Assembly (NCBI GenBank): GCA_947313825.1
Contig: CAMZNJ010000055.1
Location: 480-64,479 of the forward strand
Reading direction: 5' to 3'
Length of the DNA: 64,000 nt
DNA from: an uncultured Deferribacteraceae bacterium
GTDB lineage: Bacteria > Chrysiogenota > Deferribacteres > CAMZNJ01
The notes under the pieces were generated by a model. It was given only the letters and a program-made list of their open reading frames with translations, ran no database searches and was not told the DNA's origin. Made by a program: the position numbers and the translations under genes. Below, in pieces: positions 1 to 9,129 of the stretch. Position 1 is the stretch's first letter. Each line of letters starts with the position of its first letter.

Positions 1-744
1 AAATAGTTTTGCTTGCTGAGTATGCTTGTCCTCCGCTTCGTTGTAGGATTCCTTCACAAGGTAATCGTACGATTCGTACGAATCGGTCAAATGGGCACCG
101 TCAACACTCAAGGCAGTGTTCGGTATGGCACCAAGGGTCTCAGCAAGAAACGTGCGGAACTCGCGAGGGTACGACCCCACAAGAACACCAACCGAACCCG
201 CCCCTTTAATGTGGGATGCGTGGTAGGTGTGAATATCTTCCATCGTGAGGGAACTAACACTGCTCGCTGTGCCAATGGTGGTAAGGGAGTACGGCGTACC
301 TGCATAGGTAAAAGATCGGAACAACCGACCAGCACGATACCGCGGAGAGTCCTCTGCACCCTGAATATCCAATACTGACAAGGCTTTTTCCGTTTCAAAA
401 ATATGGGGGTGGAGGGTTGGCTCAAGTAGAAACGCCTCCAAATCGATTTGGATGGCTGACAGGTGGTGGGATGGGATGGATATCCACACCGAAAGGTAAT
501 CGGCACTAACGGAAACATCTAGGGAGCCGCCACAGTGCTCAATTGTGTGCAGGAGGTTGCTACTCTTTGTCCACACCGAGGCAAACAGGGAGCCGACACC
601 GTTAATATTTTTCGATCTGCCCTGCCCGTACTCTGCCGTAAGCCCCCCAGAAAACAGAATAACTAAGCTGACTAACGAGCTATTCCCATACCCACCATCA
701 TCGCTACCGTAAGCATAAAAATTTAGCCCATTGTTTAAAATCAC
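1..744 (-). CDS. M16 (pitrilysin/insulinase) family peptidase-like subunit, runs off the window edge
   Basis: Not in the ORF track. Read by hand from GTG at 744 (GAGGTG SD upstream): VILNNGL..SLVSLVILFSGGLTAE..FETEKALSVLDI..YAGTPYSLTTIGTASSVSSLTMEDIHTYH. No stop before position 1. No HxxEH seen, so probably the non-catalytic type. Confidence 0.75.
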   Translation of the reverse strand, partial: MILNNGLNFYAYGSDDGGYGNSSLVSLVILFSGGLTAEYGQGRSKNINGVGSLFASVWTKSSNLLHTIEHCGGSLDVSVSADYLSVWISIPSHHLSAIQIDLEAFLLEPTLHPHIFETEKALSVLDIQGAEDSPRYRAGRLFRSFTYAGTPYSLTTIGTASSVSSLTMEDIHTYHASHIKGAGSVGVLVGSYPREFRTFLAETLGAIPNTALSVDGAHLTDSYESYDYLVKESYNEAEDKHTQQAKLF

Positions 745-780
745 AGATCCACCTCAGTACTTTTGTTTACTGTATTAATT

Positions 781-913
781 CGTGTTGTCGGCGTTGCGTT
801 GCGTCGTTGTCGGCGTTGCGTTACGTTGCGTTACGTTGTTGCGTTGCGTTACGTTGTTGCGTTGCGTTGCGTTGTTGCGTTGTTGCGTTGCGTTGCGTTG
901 CGTTACGTCGTCG
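781..913. repeat. Imperfect GTTGC/GTTAC/GTTGTTGC tandem array abutting the stop codon of the 914..3619 CDS
   Basis: Direct reading: gcgttgcgttgcg...ttacgttgttgcgttgcg. Confidence 0.95.
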
Positions 914-3619
914 TTAGCGTCCGGTTTCCATGAGCCTGCGAATCTCCTCACGAACAACTTTTTCTATCACAGTTTTTATGGATTCGTTAATGCCACCCTC
1001 CATGTACTGCTCCACCGCTTGCCCAACAAGGGCTTCCAACGCCTCTTGGTGCGGGGCATCTTGGTGTGAAACACCTTGGTGTGAAGCACCTTGGTGTGGG
1101 GCATCTTGGTGTGAAACACCTTGGTGTGAAGCACCTTGGTGCGGGGCATCTTGGTGTGAAACATCTTGGTGTGAAACACCTTGGTGTGAAGCACCTTGGT
1201 GTGGGGCATCTTGGTGCGGGGCATCTTGGTGCGGGGCATCTTGGTGCGGGGCATCTTGGTGTGAAGCACCTTGGTGCGGGGCACCTTGGGGAGTGCTCGG
1301 CAGTAGGTGTGCATCAAGTCCAGTTTTGGCGATGGTTCCGTCAAGGAGCTCCGTTTCGGCATCCACAGTCGCTGACCTGCTGTCTGCTTCCAACATACCC
1401 CTCAAGTTATCAATGGCGTCCATCTCTTGGGCACTGTGTGGCTCTGCATATTCGCTGATCGACTCACCAAAGACAAGGTCTTCGTCCATGCTGAGCCCAC
1501 CTCCAAGTATATCATCAGTAACATTTCCGTGCAAATCTTGTGGCATGGCGTCCACGTTGTTCATTGCGTCCACGTTGCTCATGGCGTCCACGTTGTTCAT
1601 GGCGTCCACGTTGCTCATTGCGTCCACGTTGTTCATGGCGTCCACGTTCCCCATAACTTCAGCGGGGAGGTTAGGGCTTGCAGGTGCAACACGGGGTGGT
1701 ATTTCGTTTGTAACAGCTGTGCCATCCAAGGTAAACGGTATTTCCATGAGCAATGCCTCTGCACTGAATTTTTCTTCATCCCCTTCCGTGCCAGTTTCGA
1801 GGGGGTATTTTGCGTTCTGTGCGGGTTGTTCGCCCGTCATTGCATACTCTGTGTTGTTCATATCGGCGTATCCTCCGCCAGAGTCGAGGCTTACTGTTTT
1901 CCCGCCGTCCTGCAGTAGGCTGTCGCCGAGCCCTTCCTCTAGCAGGTTGTCCACCAAGATGTCGAAATCCTTGGCGAATACTCCCGTTTGTTCCTGAGTG
2001 GTGTTTTCAAGTGGATCTTTTTCCTGCTGTGTGGTGGATGAGCCTATTAGTTGTTCAAGCTCGCGTATATCTGCATCTATGGCGTTCATGTCGGATGTAT
2101 CCACTGAGGTGTCATCTGCCTTCGTGGTTTTTTGATCATTGTTGTTGTCAACAATATCGGTTGTTAGTGCACTGTAGAACTCTTCCATATCGTCGCCCAT
2201 ATCGTCGTCCATATTGTCTATGTCGAAGTTCATGTGTGTATCATGTACGGAAGGTGTATCGTCGAGTTCGTCGCCCCCTATGGGTTCAACTCCCCCTCCC
2301 GGCGAAACCCTGTCACGTAGAAACGTCGAGTACCGATAATCTTCTTTCATGAGGTTGTCGAGTATTGATGTTTGGTTGTATTCAGGTGTTTTCAGGTCAT
2401 CGGGGTCGTTGTCGAAATCCGCAACGTCAGCGTCAGCAACGTCAGCGTCAGCAACGCCGGCATCAGCAACAAATCCAACAAAGCCAGTACCAACGCCGAA
2501 GTCAGCAGCGTCAGCATCCGCACCGAAGCCAGCAACGTCGACAACGTCGTCATCCGCACCAAGGTCAGCAACGTCAGCACCAGCACCGAAGCCAGCAACG
2601 CCAGCAACGTCGGCACCAGCAACGCCAGCAACGCCAGCAACGTCGGCATCCGCACCAGCACCAAGGTCAGCAACACCAGCGTTAACGCCAGTACCTCCCA
2701 CACTTTCCACCGGCTCGAGCTCTGCATGTTTCTTTATGTGTGCCAGCTCTTCATCGGTAAACATACCTTTGAGCATTGCGTCAAGCTGTTGCGAGTTGGT
2801 CTGCTCGGTGCCTTGGGGAGCACCACCAGCACCAGCACCAGCACCATCGGAGCCACCTACCATGCTTGACACCTCTTCCACACCGTCCGCACTTCCTAAG
2901 TTGTTACTTGCTTTTTTATTCTTTTTCCTAAACAACATACCTTGCTCCTCAGCCATCTCTTTGATATCATCGGGCATACTAGTGTTTTTATTCGATATAT
3001 CTGCACTGCCCCTGTGTTTATTGATACTGTTTTCGTTACGATTATTCGTGGTGTTATGATTATTCGTGGTGTTATGATTATTCGTGGTGTTATGATTATT
3101 CGTGGTGTTATGATTATTCGTGCCATACTCCATTGCAAACACGTCGGGCAGTCCGTCCAAGCCTTCGTACCCTTCCACAACGTCCAGTCTTTCGTCTGTT
3201 TTTGTATTAGCGTCAGTGTTGTGGTTTATCATCACAGAGGCATGATAGTTTATTTCGTCCTCGAGTTGTTTTTCGGTAAGTGGTTTTGCTAAAATACGGT
3301 ATCTGTGTGCAGGGATGTTGTGTTGTTTGAGGTGTTTTTTGATGTGTTCGTCGTCTCCAAAAAGCACAACACTTGTTTGTTTTGGAACAATGTGTTCTAG
3401 TTGGTGCAATGCTTGACTGAGTACAACACCTTCAATATTGGCATCCAGTATGATAATATTGGGCTCAGAGTTCTTTAATGCAACGGTTAAGTCCTCTATG
3501 GCGAAAAATTTCTTCAACGCAACAGACGCCATCCCATCGCAAATACTTGCAATGCTTTTGTGTACTGCCAAGCTATCATCAACAAGAAAAATTCGCGTAA
3601 CGTCTACTGCTGTGTTCAT
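914..3619 (-). CDS. Response-regulator receiver domain + long acidic low-complexity linker + C-terminal PopZ/RomR-like helical module
   Basis: N-terminal IFLVDDS..IIILDAN..ILAKP receiver motifs. About 700 aa of D/E/G/A-rich repeats. C-terminus INESIKTVIEKVVREEIRRLM. Confidence 0.75.
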   Translation of the reverse strand: MNTAVDVTRIFLVDDSLAVHKSIASICDGMASVALKKFFAIEDLTVALKNSEPNIIILDANIEGVVLSQALHQLEHIVPKQTSVVLFGDDEHIKKHLKQHNIPAHRYRILAKPLTEKQLEDEINYHASVMINHNTDANTKTDERLDVVEGYEGLDGLPDVFAMEYGTNNHNTTNNHNTTNNHNTTNNHNTTNNRNENSINKHRGSADISNKNTSMPDDIKEMAEEQGMLFRKKNKKASNNLGSADGVEEVSSMVGGSDGAGAGAGGAPQGTEQTNSQQLDAMLKGMFTDEELAHIKKHAELEPVESVGGTGVNAGVADLGAGADADVAGVAGVAGADVAGVAGFGAGADVADLGADDDVVDVAGFGADADAADFGVGTGFVGFVADAGVADADVADADVADFDNDPDDLKTPEYNQTSILDNLMKEDYRYSTFLRDRVSPGGGVEPIGGDELDDTPSVHDTHMNFDIDNMDDDMGDDMEEFYSALTTDIVDNNNDQKTTKADDTSVDTSDMNAIDADIRELEQLIGSSTTQQEKDPLENTTQEQTGVFAKDFDILVDNLLEEGLGDSLLQDGGKTVSLDSGGGYADMNNTEYAMTGEQPAQNAKYPLETGTEGDEEKFSAEALLMEIPFTLDGTAVTNEIPPRVAPASPNLPAEVMGNVDAMNNVDAMSNVDAMNNVDAMSNVDAMNNVDAMPQDLHGNVTDDILGGGLSMDEDLVFGESISEYAEPHSAQEMDAIDNLRGMLEADSRSATVDAETELLDGTIAKTGLDAHLLPSTPQGAPHQGASHQDAPHQDAPHQDAPHQDAPHQGASHQGVSHQDVSHQDAPHQGASHQGVSHQDAPHQGASHQGVSHQDAPHQEALEALVGQAVEQYMEGGINESIKTVIEKVVREEIRRLMETGR
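1036..1290 (-). repeat. In-frame 15-bp repeat encoding 16 HQxxx pentapeptides (HQDAP/HQGAS/HQGVS)
   Basis: Repeated cttggtg core; units counted in the translation. Confidence 0.95.
1545..1650 (-). repeat. In-frame 18-bp repeat, NVDAM(N/S), about 6 copies
   Basis: catggcgtccacgttgtt units. Confidence 0.9.
3040..3122 (-). repeat. In-frame 18-bp repeat, NNHNTT, about 4.5 copies
   Basis: gattattcgtggtgttat units. Confidence 0.9.
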
Positions 3620-3717
3620 ACTTTAAACTTCCCTTGTAAAATAATGACCTCGTAAACACACATTATCAATACAGATTATTGCAAAAAAAAACAAATATTG
3701 CAAACAATTAACAAATT

Positions 3718-4212
3718 TTAATCCTTACTGTACTTACGTGGTATCTTCTCAAAATACCGCTTCACAACATCGGGGGCAAATGGGGATACGTCGCCACCGT
3801 TTATGTGAATGTCTCGCACAGCACTGGAGCTAGTGGTAAGGTGTAGTGCATCGGGCATGAGGAAAACAGTTTCGTACAGGGCATACATCTGCCTATTGAT
3901 GAACGTCATGCTGTACTCCATGTCGTAATCGGTGAGAACCCTGATACCACGTACAACGGTGGTGTAGCCGTTCCCCTTGAGGTAATCAACTAGCAACCCC
4001 CCAAAAGGCTCCACCGTTACACCCGACATATGCGAGGTGCACTCCTTTGCCATGGCAACACGATCATCCAACGTAAACATGGTGCTCTTCGACGGATTAT
4101 CGGAAATAGCCAAAACAACAGAGCCAAACAATCTTGTAGCACGATTTAATATATTCACATGACCATAGGTGATGGGGTCAAATGTTCCTGGGTATACAAC
4201 AGGATTAGTCAT
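3718..4212 (-). CDS. coaD: Phosphopantetheine adenylyltransferase
   Basis: VYPGTFDPITYGH, VRGIR, SSSAVR motifs; ATG at 4212 overlaps the rsmD stop. Confidence 0.95.
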   Translation of the reverse strand: MTNPVVYPGTFDPITYGHVNILNRATRLFGSVVLAISDNPSKSTMFTLDDRVAMAKECTSHMSGVTVEPFGGLLVDYLKGNGYTTVVRGIRVLTDYDMEYSMTFINRQMYALYETVFLMPDALHLTTSSSAVRDIHINGGDVSPFAPDVVKRYFEKIPRKYSKD

Positions 4213-4795
4213 CACGTGCCTCCTCAAAACAAACAAAACGAACTACAGTGTCCCCATACTTACGCTCCTTCAACACCTCAAACCCTGCAGGAACAGTGAA
4301 AGAACTGCGTGAAGACTCCTCGTAAACAACAACTCCATCGGGGGAAAGCAAACCATAACGCTGAACAATACTAAACACATCCTCAGACGTATATTCGCCG
4401 TAAGGGGGATCAACAAAAATAATGTCGTAAACACTGCCAGCGTTGCGTAAACGTGAATCAGCAAACCGACGCAAAGTAAATACATCGCCCTGAACAACAC
4501 TCACCGAACCGAAAGGCAACGCACTACCCATCTTCGAAATGTTACGCTCAACCAATGAAGTATTCGTGTCAACAAAAACAACACTCTTCGCACCACGACT
4601 AACACTCTCCAAACCCAAAGAACCAGAACCAGCAAACAGATCCAAAACCCTAGCACCATGAATATCATGATAAAGCATGGAAAAAATCGCAAGACGAACC
4701 TTATCTGTAGTGGGGCGTACAACTCTGCTGTTCTTCGACCCACTCGGATGCAAATCTATGGTACGACCCTTCAAAATTCCTGATGTAATCCGCAA
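4205..4795 (-). CDS. rsmD: 16S rRNA m2G966 methyltransferase
   Basis: LRITSG..RPTTDKVR..LDLFAGSGSLGLE..DPPY; likely TTG start at 4795 with AAGGAG SD. Confidence 0.92.
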   Translation of the reverse strand: MRITSGILKGRTIDLHPSGSKNSRVVRPTTDKVRLAIFSMLYHDIHGARVLDLFAGSGSLGLESVSRGAKSVVFVDTNTSLVERNISKMGSALPFGSVSVVQGDVFTLRRFADSRLRNAGSVYDIIFVDPPYGEYTSEDVFSIVQRYGLLSPDGVVVYEESSRSSFTVPAGFEVLKERKYGDTVVRFVCFEEARDD

Positions 4796-5903
4796 AACTA
4801 TCTCCTTCGAAAGACTTGTGCAACCTCTCGCAAATAACCTCATAACTAATTCGTGCCTCATCGGAACCGAAACTTAACTCGGTACCCGATACAGCATTAA
4901 AACGTCCATAACCCAAAACCTGACCCTTATCCAAATGAGAAAAACGACTAACACCAACAACATTAATATAAAGACACATAACAACCGTTTTTACAATATC
5001 ACCAAAACTCGAATGCTCAAAACCAGCAACAATACTAGAATCAGCATCGCCAATGGGAGGAAGACCCATGCGTATAACAGAGACTCCCTTCGCAAGACTC
5101 AAAATATAACCGTAAACACAAAGACGAACCGCACGAGAAAAATCAATGGGCTCATAACCACCGCTACGATAAACATCCGCAAGACCTGTGCCATCCAAAA
5201 CAACACAAGGGTAAAAACGTATGGTGGAAACAATATTATCTGAAGGAACCAAACCACCGCAAGCCTCGCCATTAACACTCAAAAGACGACGCAAACCGCT
5301 GTAATACTCAATATCCGACTCGCCGTAAATACCAGGCATAATCTGAACACCAGCGGACAACGTAACCGTACCCCCTAACCCCAACACTGACAAACGGGCA
5401 AGACGCAATCTCTCCAACGACTCAAAAACACCGTTCGGATTGTAAGGACGCTCATTCAACACCAATGCTCGCTGAGTCAAACTCTGAACACCTATCTCAA
5501 CCAAATCAACACCGTAATCAGAAACATACTGACACATGTAGTCCAAAGGCTCCTTCGTAATGCAGTCCGGACGAGTGGAAAACCTAATACGAGTAAAACC
5601 ATAACTTTTTGCAAGATCCATTAACTCACCACGAAATTTACGAGGAATACAAGAAAAACTACCACCGTAAAAAGCAAGATGAGTGTAATCAGAAGAGTAC
5701 GACAGATACTCCTCAATCTGAGTGCGACAGTAATCAACCGAAAGAGTAGATTTCACGCCGGTGATAGTCGACTGCTGACAATACAAACAGTGGTGAGGAC
5801 AACCAGCAAATGGCAAAAATACCGGCAAAACTTTAGGCTTAACAGGAAAAGAAAGTGGCGAAAAAGATGTGCTAGATGTGCTGTGCTCAGATTTATCAAG
5901 CAT
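4701..5903 (-). CDS. Radical SAM protein (Elp3/YhcC-like, rnc-associated type)
   Basis: CPHHCLYC (CxxxCxxC), FYGGSF, STRPD, EIGVQS motifs. Confidence 0.85.
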   Translation of the reverse strand: MLDKSEHSTSSTSFSPLSFPVKPKVLPVFLPFAGCPHHCLYCQQSTITGVKSTLSVDYCRTQIEEYLSYSSDYTHLAFYGGSFSCIPRKFRGELMDLAKSYGFTRIRFSTRPDCITKEPLDYMCQYVSDYGVDLVEIGVQSLTQRALVLNERPYNPNGVFESLERLRLARLSVLGLGGTVTLSAGVQIMPGIYGESDIEYYSGLRRLLSVNGEACGGLVPSDNIVSTIRFYPCVVLDGTGLADVYRSGGYEPIDFSRAVRLCVYGYILSLAKGVSVIRMGLPPIGDADSSIVAGFEHSSFGDIVKTVVMCLYINVVGVSRFSHLDKGQVLGYGRFNAVSGTELSFGSDEARISYEVICERLHKSFEGDSFADYIRNFEGSYHRFASEWVEEQQSCTPHYR

Positions 5904-5906
5904 ATG

Positions 5907-6716
5907 CTAACCACCTCGACGAGGCTTTTTACGGCTTTTAAGAGAACTCGACGAAACGGGGATGATACCCATATCAATACCCATACCCATGGACTGCAAG
6001 GCAGACAAAGCAGCATCCTGCTCAGAACGCTTGATGGAACTACCCTTACCACGGGAAACAACCTCGCCACCCACCGAAAGAGACGACTCAAAAACACAAG
6101 CATGATCAGGACCACGACGACTAATCAACTTGTACTCAGGAAGCCGGGAATACTCCTTCAAAGAGTACTCCTGAACACTCTTTTTATAATCATAAGACGA
6201 ATGACTCTCAAAATCAACAAGAAGACGCGTGCCAAAGTGGGTGCAAAAAAGCTTCTTCGTGGTGGCAAAAGAGGAATCCTGCAAAACAGCACCAAACACA
6301 GCCTCAAACGTATTCGAAACTATGCGACTGTTTACATTGTTGCGTGAATGGTGTTTCTTGGGAAGGCTGGTGAGCAAAAACTCCGACAACCGTAACTCAG
6401 AACCCAATATCTGAAAATAGTCGCGACTCACAAAATACGATCGCTTTTGGGTCATAGCCCCTTCATCTAGGCTGTAGTGGTTGTAAATGAGGGTGGTGAT
6501 GATTAACTGCAAAACAGAATCACCCAAAAACTCTAAACGCTCGTTGTGGGGAAGACCTTTGTCGAGTGCAAAACTCTTGTGGGTAAGGGCCTCCAAAAGG
6601 AGACCCTTGTTTTTAAACCGATACCGAAGGAGAGACTCAAACATGGAAATATGAGCCTGATACTCCTTACTAACCTTCGTATTTTTTGACAATAAGTACA
6701 GAGTTTGTACCCCCAA
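5907..6716 (-). CDS. rnc: Ribonuclease III (start uncertain; first ATG at 6644)
   Basis: HNERLEFLGDSVL signature plus C-terminal dsRBD (DYKKSVQEY..GPDH..GKGSSIKRSEQDAA). Confidence 0.95.
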   Translation of the reverse strand: MGVQTLYLLSKNTKVSKEYQAHISMFESLLRYRFKNKGLLLEALTHKSFALDKGLPHNERLEFLGDSVLQLIITTLIYNHYSLDEGAMTQKRSYFVSRDYFQILGSELRLSEFLLTSLPKKHHSRNNVNSRIVSNTFEAVFGAVLQDSSFATTKKLFCTHFGTRLLVDFESHSSYDYKKSVQEYSLKEYSRLPEYKLISRRGPDHACVFESSLSVGGEVVSRGKGSSIKRSEQDAALSALQSMGMGIDMGIIPVSSSSLKSRKKPRRGG

Positions 6717-7914
6717 ATCCCAAGGAATTGCTCAAAGCATAACGAACTTCACGCTCAACACCTTTATTTGGTGTGTAGTTCAAATCGCACTCAGGGTCGG
6801 GTGTGTCCAAGTTGATTGTTGGCGGCACGAAATTGTCCCTTGTTGCAAAAGCGGAAAAGGCACACTCAACGCCTCCAGCAGCACCAAGCATGTGTCCAAC
6901 CATGGATTTGGTTGAGCTAATATTTAGCTTGTAAGCATGATCCCCGAACACAGCCTTGATAGCCTTGGTTTCGATGGAGTCGTTGTACTTTGTTGAAGTA
7001 CCGTGGGCGTTGATGTAGTCGATGTCAGTGGGTTCGATTCCGGCATCATCCAAGGCAAGCTTGATACAACGTATGGCACCGTCCCCATTTTCGTCTGGTG
7101 CTGTGATGTGGTAGGCATCGGATGTGGCAGCGTAACCAACTATTTCTGCAATAATGTTGGCACCACGAGCTTTCGCATGGTCGTACGATTCGAGAACAAG
7201 AACACCTGCTCCTTCACCCATAACGAACCCGTCGCGATCTTTGTCAAACGGACGACTAGCCCTAGTTGGCTCATCGTTGTACCCGCGGGAGAGTGCTTTC
7301 AAGGACGCAAAACCAGCAATACCAACGGCACAAACGCTCGATTCTGATCCACCAGCAAGCATAACATCTGCTGTACCGTATTGAATCATCCTAGTTGCTT
7401 CGCCGATGGAGTGGGCACCGCTAGCACACGCACTGACAATGGAGAAGTTGGGACCTTTGAACCCGTATTTTATGGAAACATTGCCACTTGCCATGTTAAT
7501 GATTGCACCGGGTATGAAAAAGGGTGTTACTTTAAAAGTATGATCACGAATAACCTTACTAATGTTGGGCTCCATAAACTGAAGACCACCGATACCAGAG
7601 CCGACTAGCACACCGACACGATAGGGGTCGTATGTGCCTTCAACAAGGTTGGCATCTTTTATGGCAAGCCCTGAGGCAGCCACGGAATAATTAACAAAAC
7701 CATCAAAACGCTTTAATTCTTTTGGGTCAACAAGACCGCTCTCTTCAAAGCCGCGTACTTCAGCGGCAACACGTACAGGGGATTCGCTAGCGTCGAAGTT
7801 GCTTATTTCACTAAGCCCCGACTTCCCTGCTTTAATATTTTCCCATGTTGTTTCAGTATCTAATCCCAAAGGAGTTACTAGACCTATGCCAGTAATTACA
7901 ACCCTTTTTTTCAT
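6670..7914 (-). CDS. fabF: 3-oxoacyl-ACP synthase II
   Basis: MKKRVVITGIG, SACASG, YINAHGTST, GHMLGAAG, NSLGFGGTN; GGAGGT SD. Confidence 0.97.
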   Translation of the reverse strand: MKKRVVITGIGLVTPLGLDTETTWENIKAGKSGLSEISNFDASESPVRVAAEVRGFEESGLVDPKELKRFDGFVNYSVAASGLAIKDANLVEGTYDPYRVGVLVGSGIGGLQFMEPNISKVIRDHTFKVTPFFIPGAIINMASGNVSIKYGFKGPNFSIVSACASGAHSIGEATRMIQYGTADVMLAGGSESSVCAVGIAGFASLKALSRGYNDEPTRASRPFDKDRDGFVMGEGAGVLVLESYDHAKARGANIIAEIVGYAATSDAYHITAPDENGDGAIRCIKLALDDAGIEPTDIDYINAHGTSTKYNDSIETKAIKAVFGDHAYKLNISSTKSMVGHMLGAAGGVECAFSAFATRDNFVPPTINLDTPDPECDLNYTPNKGVEREVRYALSNSLGFGGTNSVLIVKKYEG

Positions 7915-7950
7915 TACGACAAACCTCCGCAATACTTTCAACAGCACACA

Positions 7951-7979
7951 GAGCACTGGAAATAATATCCACAGTGCCC
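7951..7979 (-). terminator. Stem-loop between acpP and fabF (partial terminator or mRNA stabiliser)
   Basis: GGGCACTG..CAGTGCTC inverted repeat just downstream of acpP. Confidence 0.45.
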
Positions 7980-8008
7980 ATATGTGCTGCTAAAATATTG
8001 TATGAAAA

Positions 8009-8242
8009 CTACGATTGTGTAGATTCTATGTATTTAATAACGTCAGCAACAGTTTTGATGTTTGCAAGGTTTTCGTCGTCAACGTCGATACCAAACTCAT
8101 CTTCAAAACTCATCATAATCTCTGTAACGTCCAAAGAATCGGCACCAAGGTCGTCCAAAAGGGATGACTCAGGTTTAACCTTTGCTTCGTCAAGATTTAG
8201 TTGTTTCGCGATTACTTCTCTTACTTTACTTTCAATAGACAT
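8009..8242 (-). CDS. acpP: Acyl carrier protein
   Basis: DLGADSLD phosphopantetheine site; AAGGAGG SD. Confidence 0.97.
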   Translation of the reverse strand: MSIESKVREVIAKQLNLDEAKVKPESSLLDDLGADSLDVTEIMMSFEDEFGIDVDDENLANIKTVADVIKYIESTQS

Positions 8243-8294
8243 TTTATGCCTCCTTCCTTTGTAATATGGAACTTTACTTTACTTTACAATAACA

Positions 8295-9047
8295 TTAAGA
8301 CATTAGCAAGCCACCATTTACGTGAACTGTTTCCCCAGTTACGTAAGAGGCAAGTGGTGAAGCCAAAAACAGTACCGCATTGGCAATATCGTCGGGAGAG
8401 CCCATGGAGCCCAAGGGGATTTGCGATACAAGCTTCTCTTTTATGGTGTCGCTGAGGTCGTTGGTCATATCGCTAGCGATAAATCCGGGGGCAACAGCGT
8501 TTACACGTATGCCACGTTTGGCATATTCGTGTGCTAATGATTTCGTCAAACCGATAATACCGGCTTTAGCTGAGCAGTAGTTTGCTTGACCAGCGTTGCC
8601 GGTAAACCCCACAACGGATGAAATATTGATAATACTACCACTACGAGCACGCATCATGGTTTTGATGGCGTACTTGCTACATAAAAACGCTCCGGCAAGA
8701 TTAACATCAAGCACAGATTTGTAGTCCTCAAGGGACATGCGATTTACAAGCATATCTTTCGTAATACCTGCGTTATTAACGAGGATATCCGCCGATTTGC
8801 CAAACTCCTCTGCAACAGCCTCGAACATACTCGAAACCGAAGACTCATCGGAAACGTCGCACTGTACAACAAAAGCACGACGACCAAGAGCTCGCACTGA
8901 ATTAGCAACTTCCTCCGCCTTCCCTGAGGATGCTGTGTAGTTGACCACAACATCGGCACCTGCATGAGCCAACTTCAAGGCAATGGATGCACCGATACCA
9001 CGGGAGCCACCTGTTACGATGGCAAGTTTATCTGATAAGTTCAACAT
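8295..9047 (-). CDS. fabG: 3-oxoacyl-ACP reductase
   Basis: TGGSRGIG, NNAGIT, YCSAKAG; fab operon context. Confidence 0.96.
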   Translation of the reverse strand: MLNLSDKLAIVTGGSRGIGASIALKLAHAGADVVVNYTASSGKAEEVANSVRALGRRAFVVQCDVSDESSVSSMFEAVAEEFGKSADILVNNAGITKDMLVNRMSLEDYKSVLDVNLAGAFLCSKYAIKTMMRARSGSIINISSVVGFTGNAGQANYCSAKAGIIGLTKSLAHEYAKRGIRVNAVAPGFIASDMTNDLSDTIKEKLVSQIPLGSMGSPDDIANAVLFLASPLASYVTGETVHVNGGLLMS

Positions 9048-9129
9048 AATTCGCTCTCCATAAATAAAACATTACTTCCGACAATAAGTCAACCAAAAAT
9101 ACGACAAGAACCTAAAGTAGAGCTTGAAA

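Noticed and set aside
13..518. ORF-track calls 9..209, 13..378 and 108..518
   Set aside because: The real gene is the minus-strand M16 frame 744 to 1, which the track missed because its stop lies outside the window.
930..3292. Long antisense and alternative-frame ORFs (e.g. 930..1997, 2349..3059)
   Set aside because: Shadows of the repetitive 914..3619 CDS.
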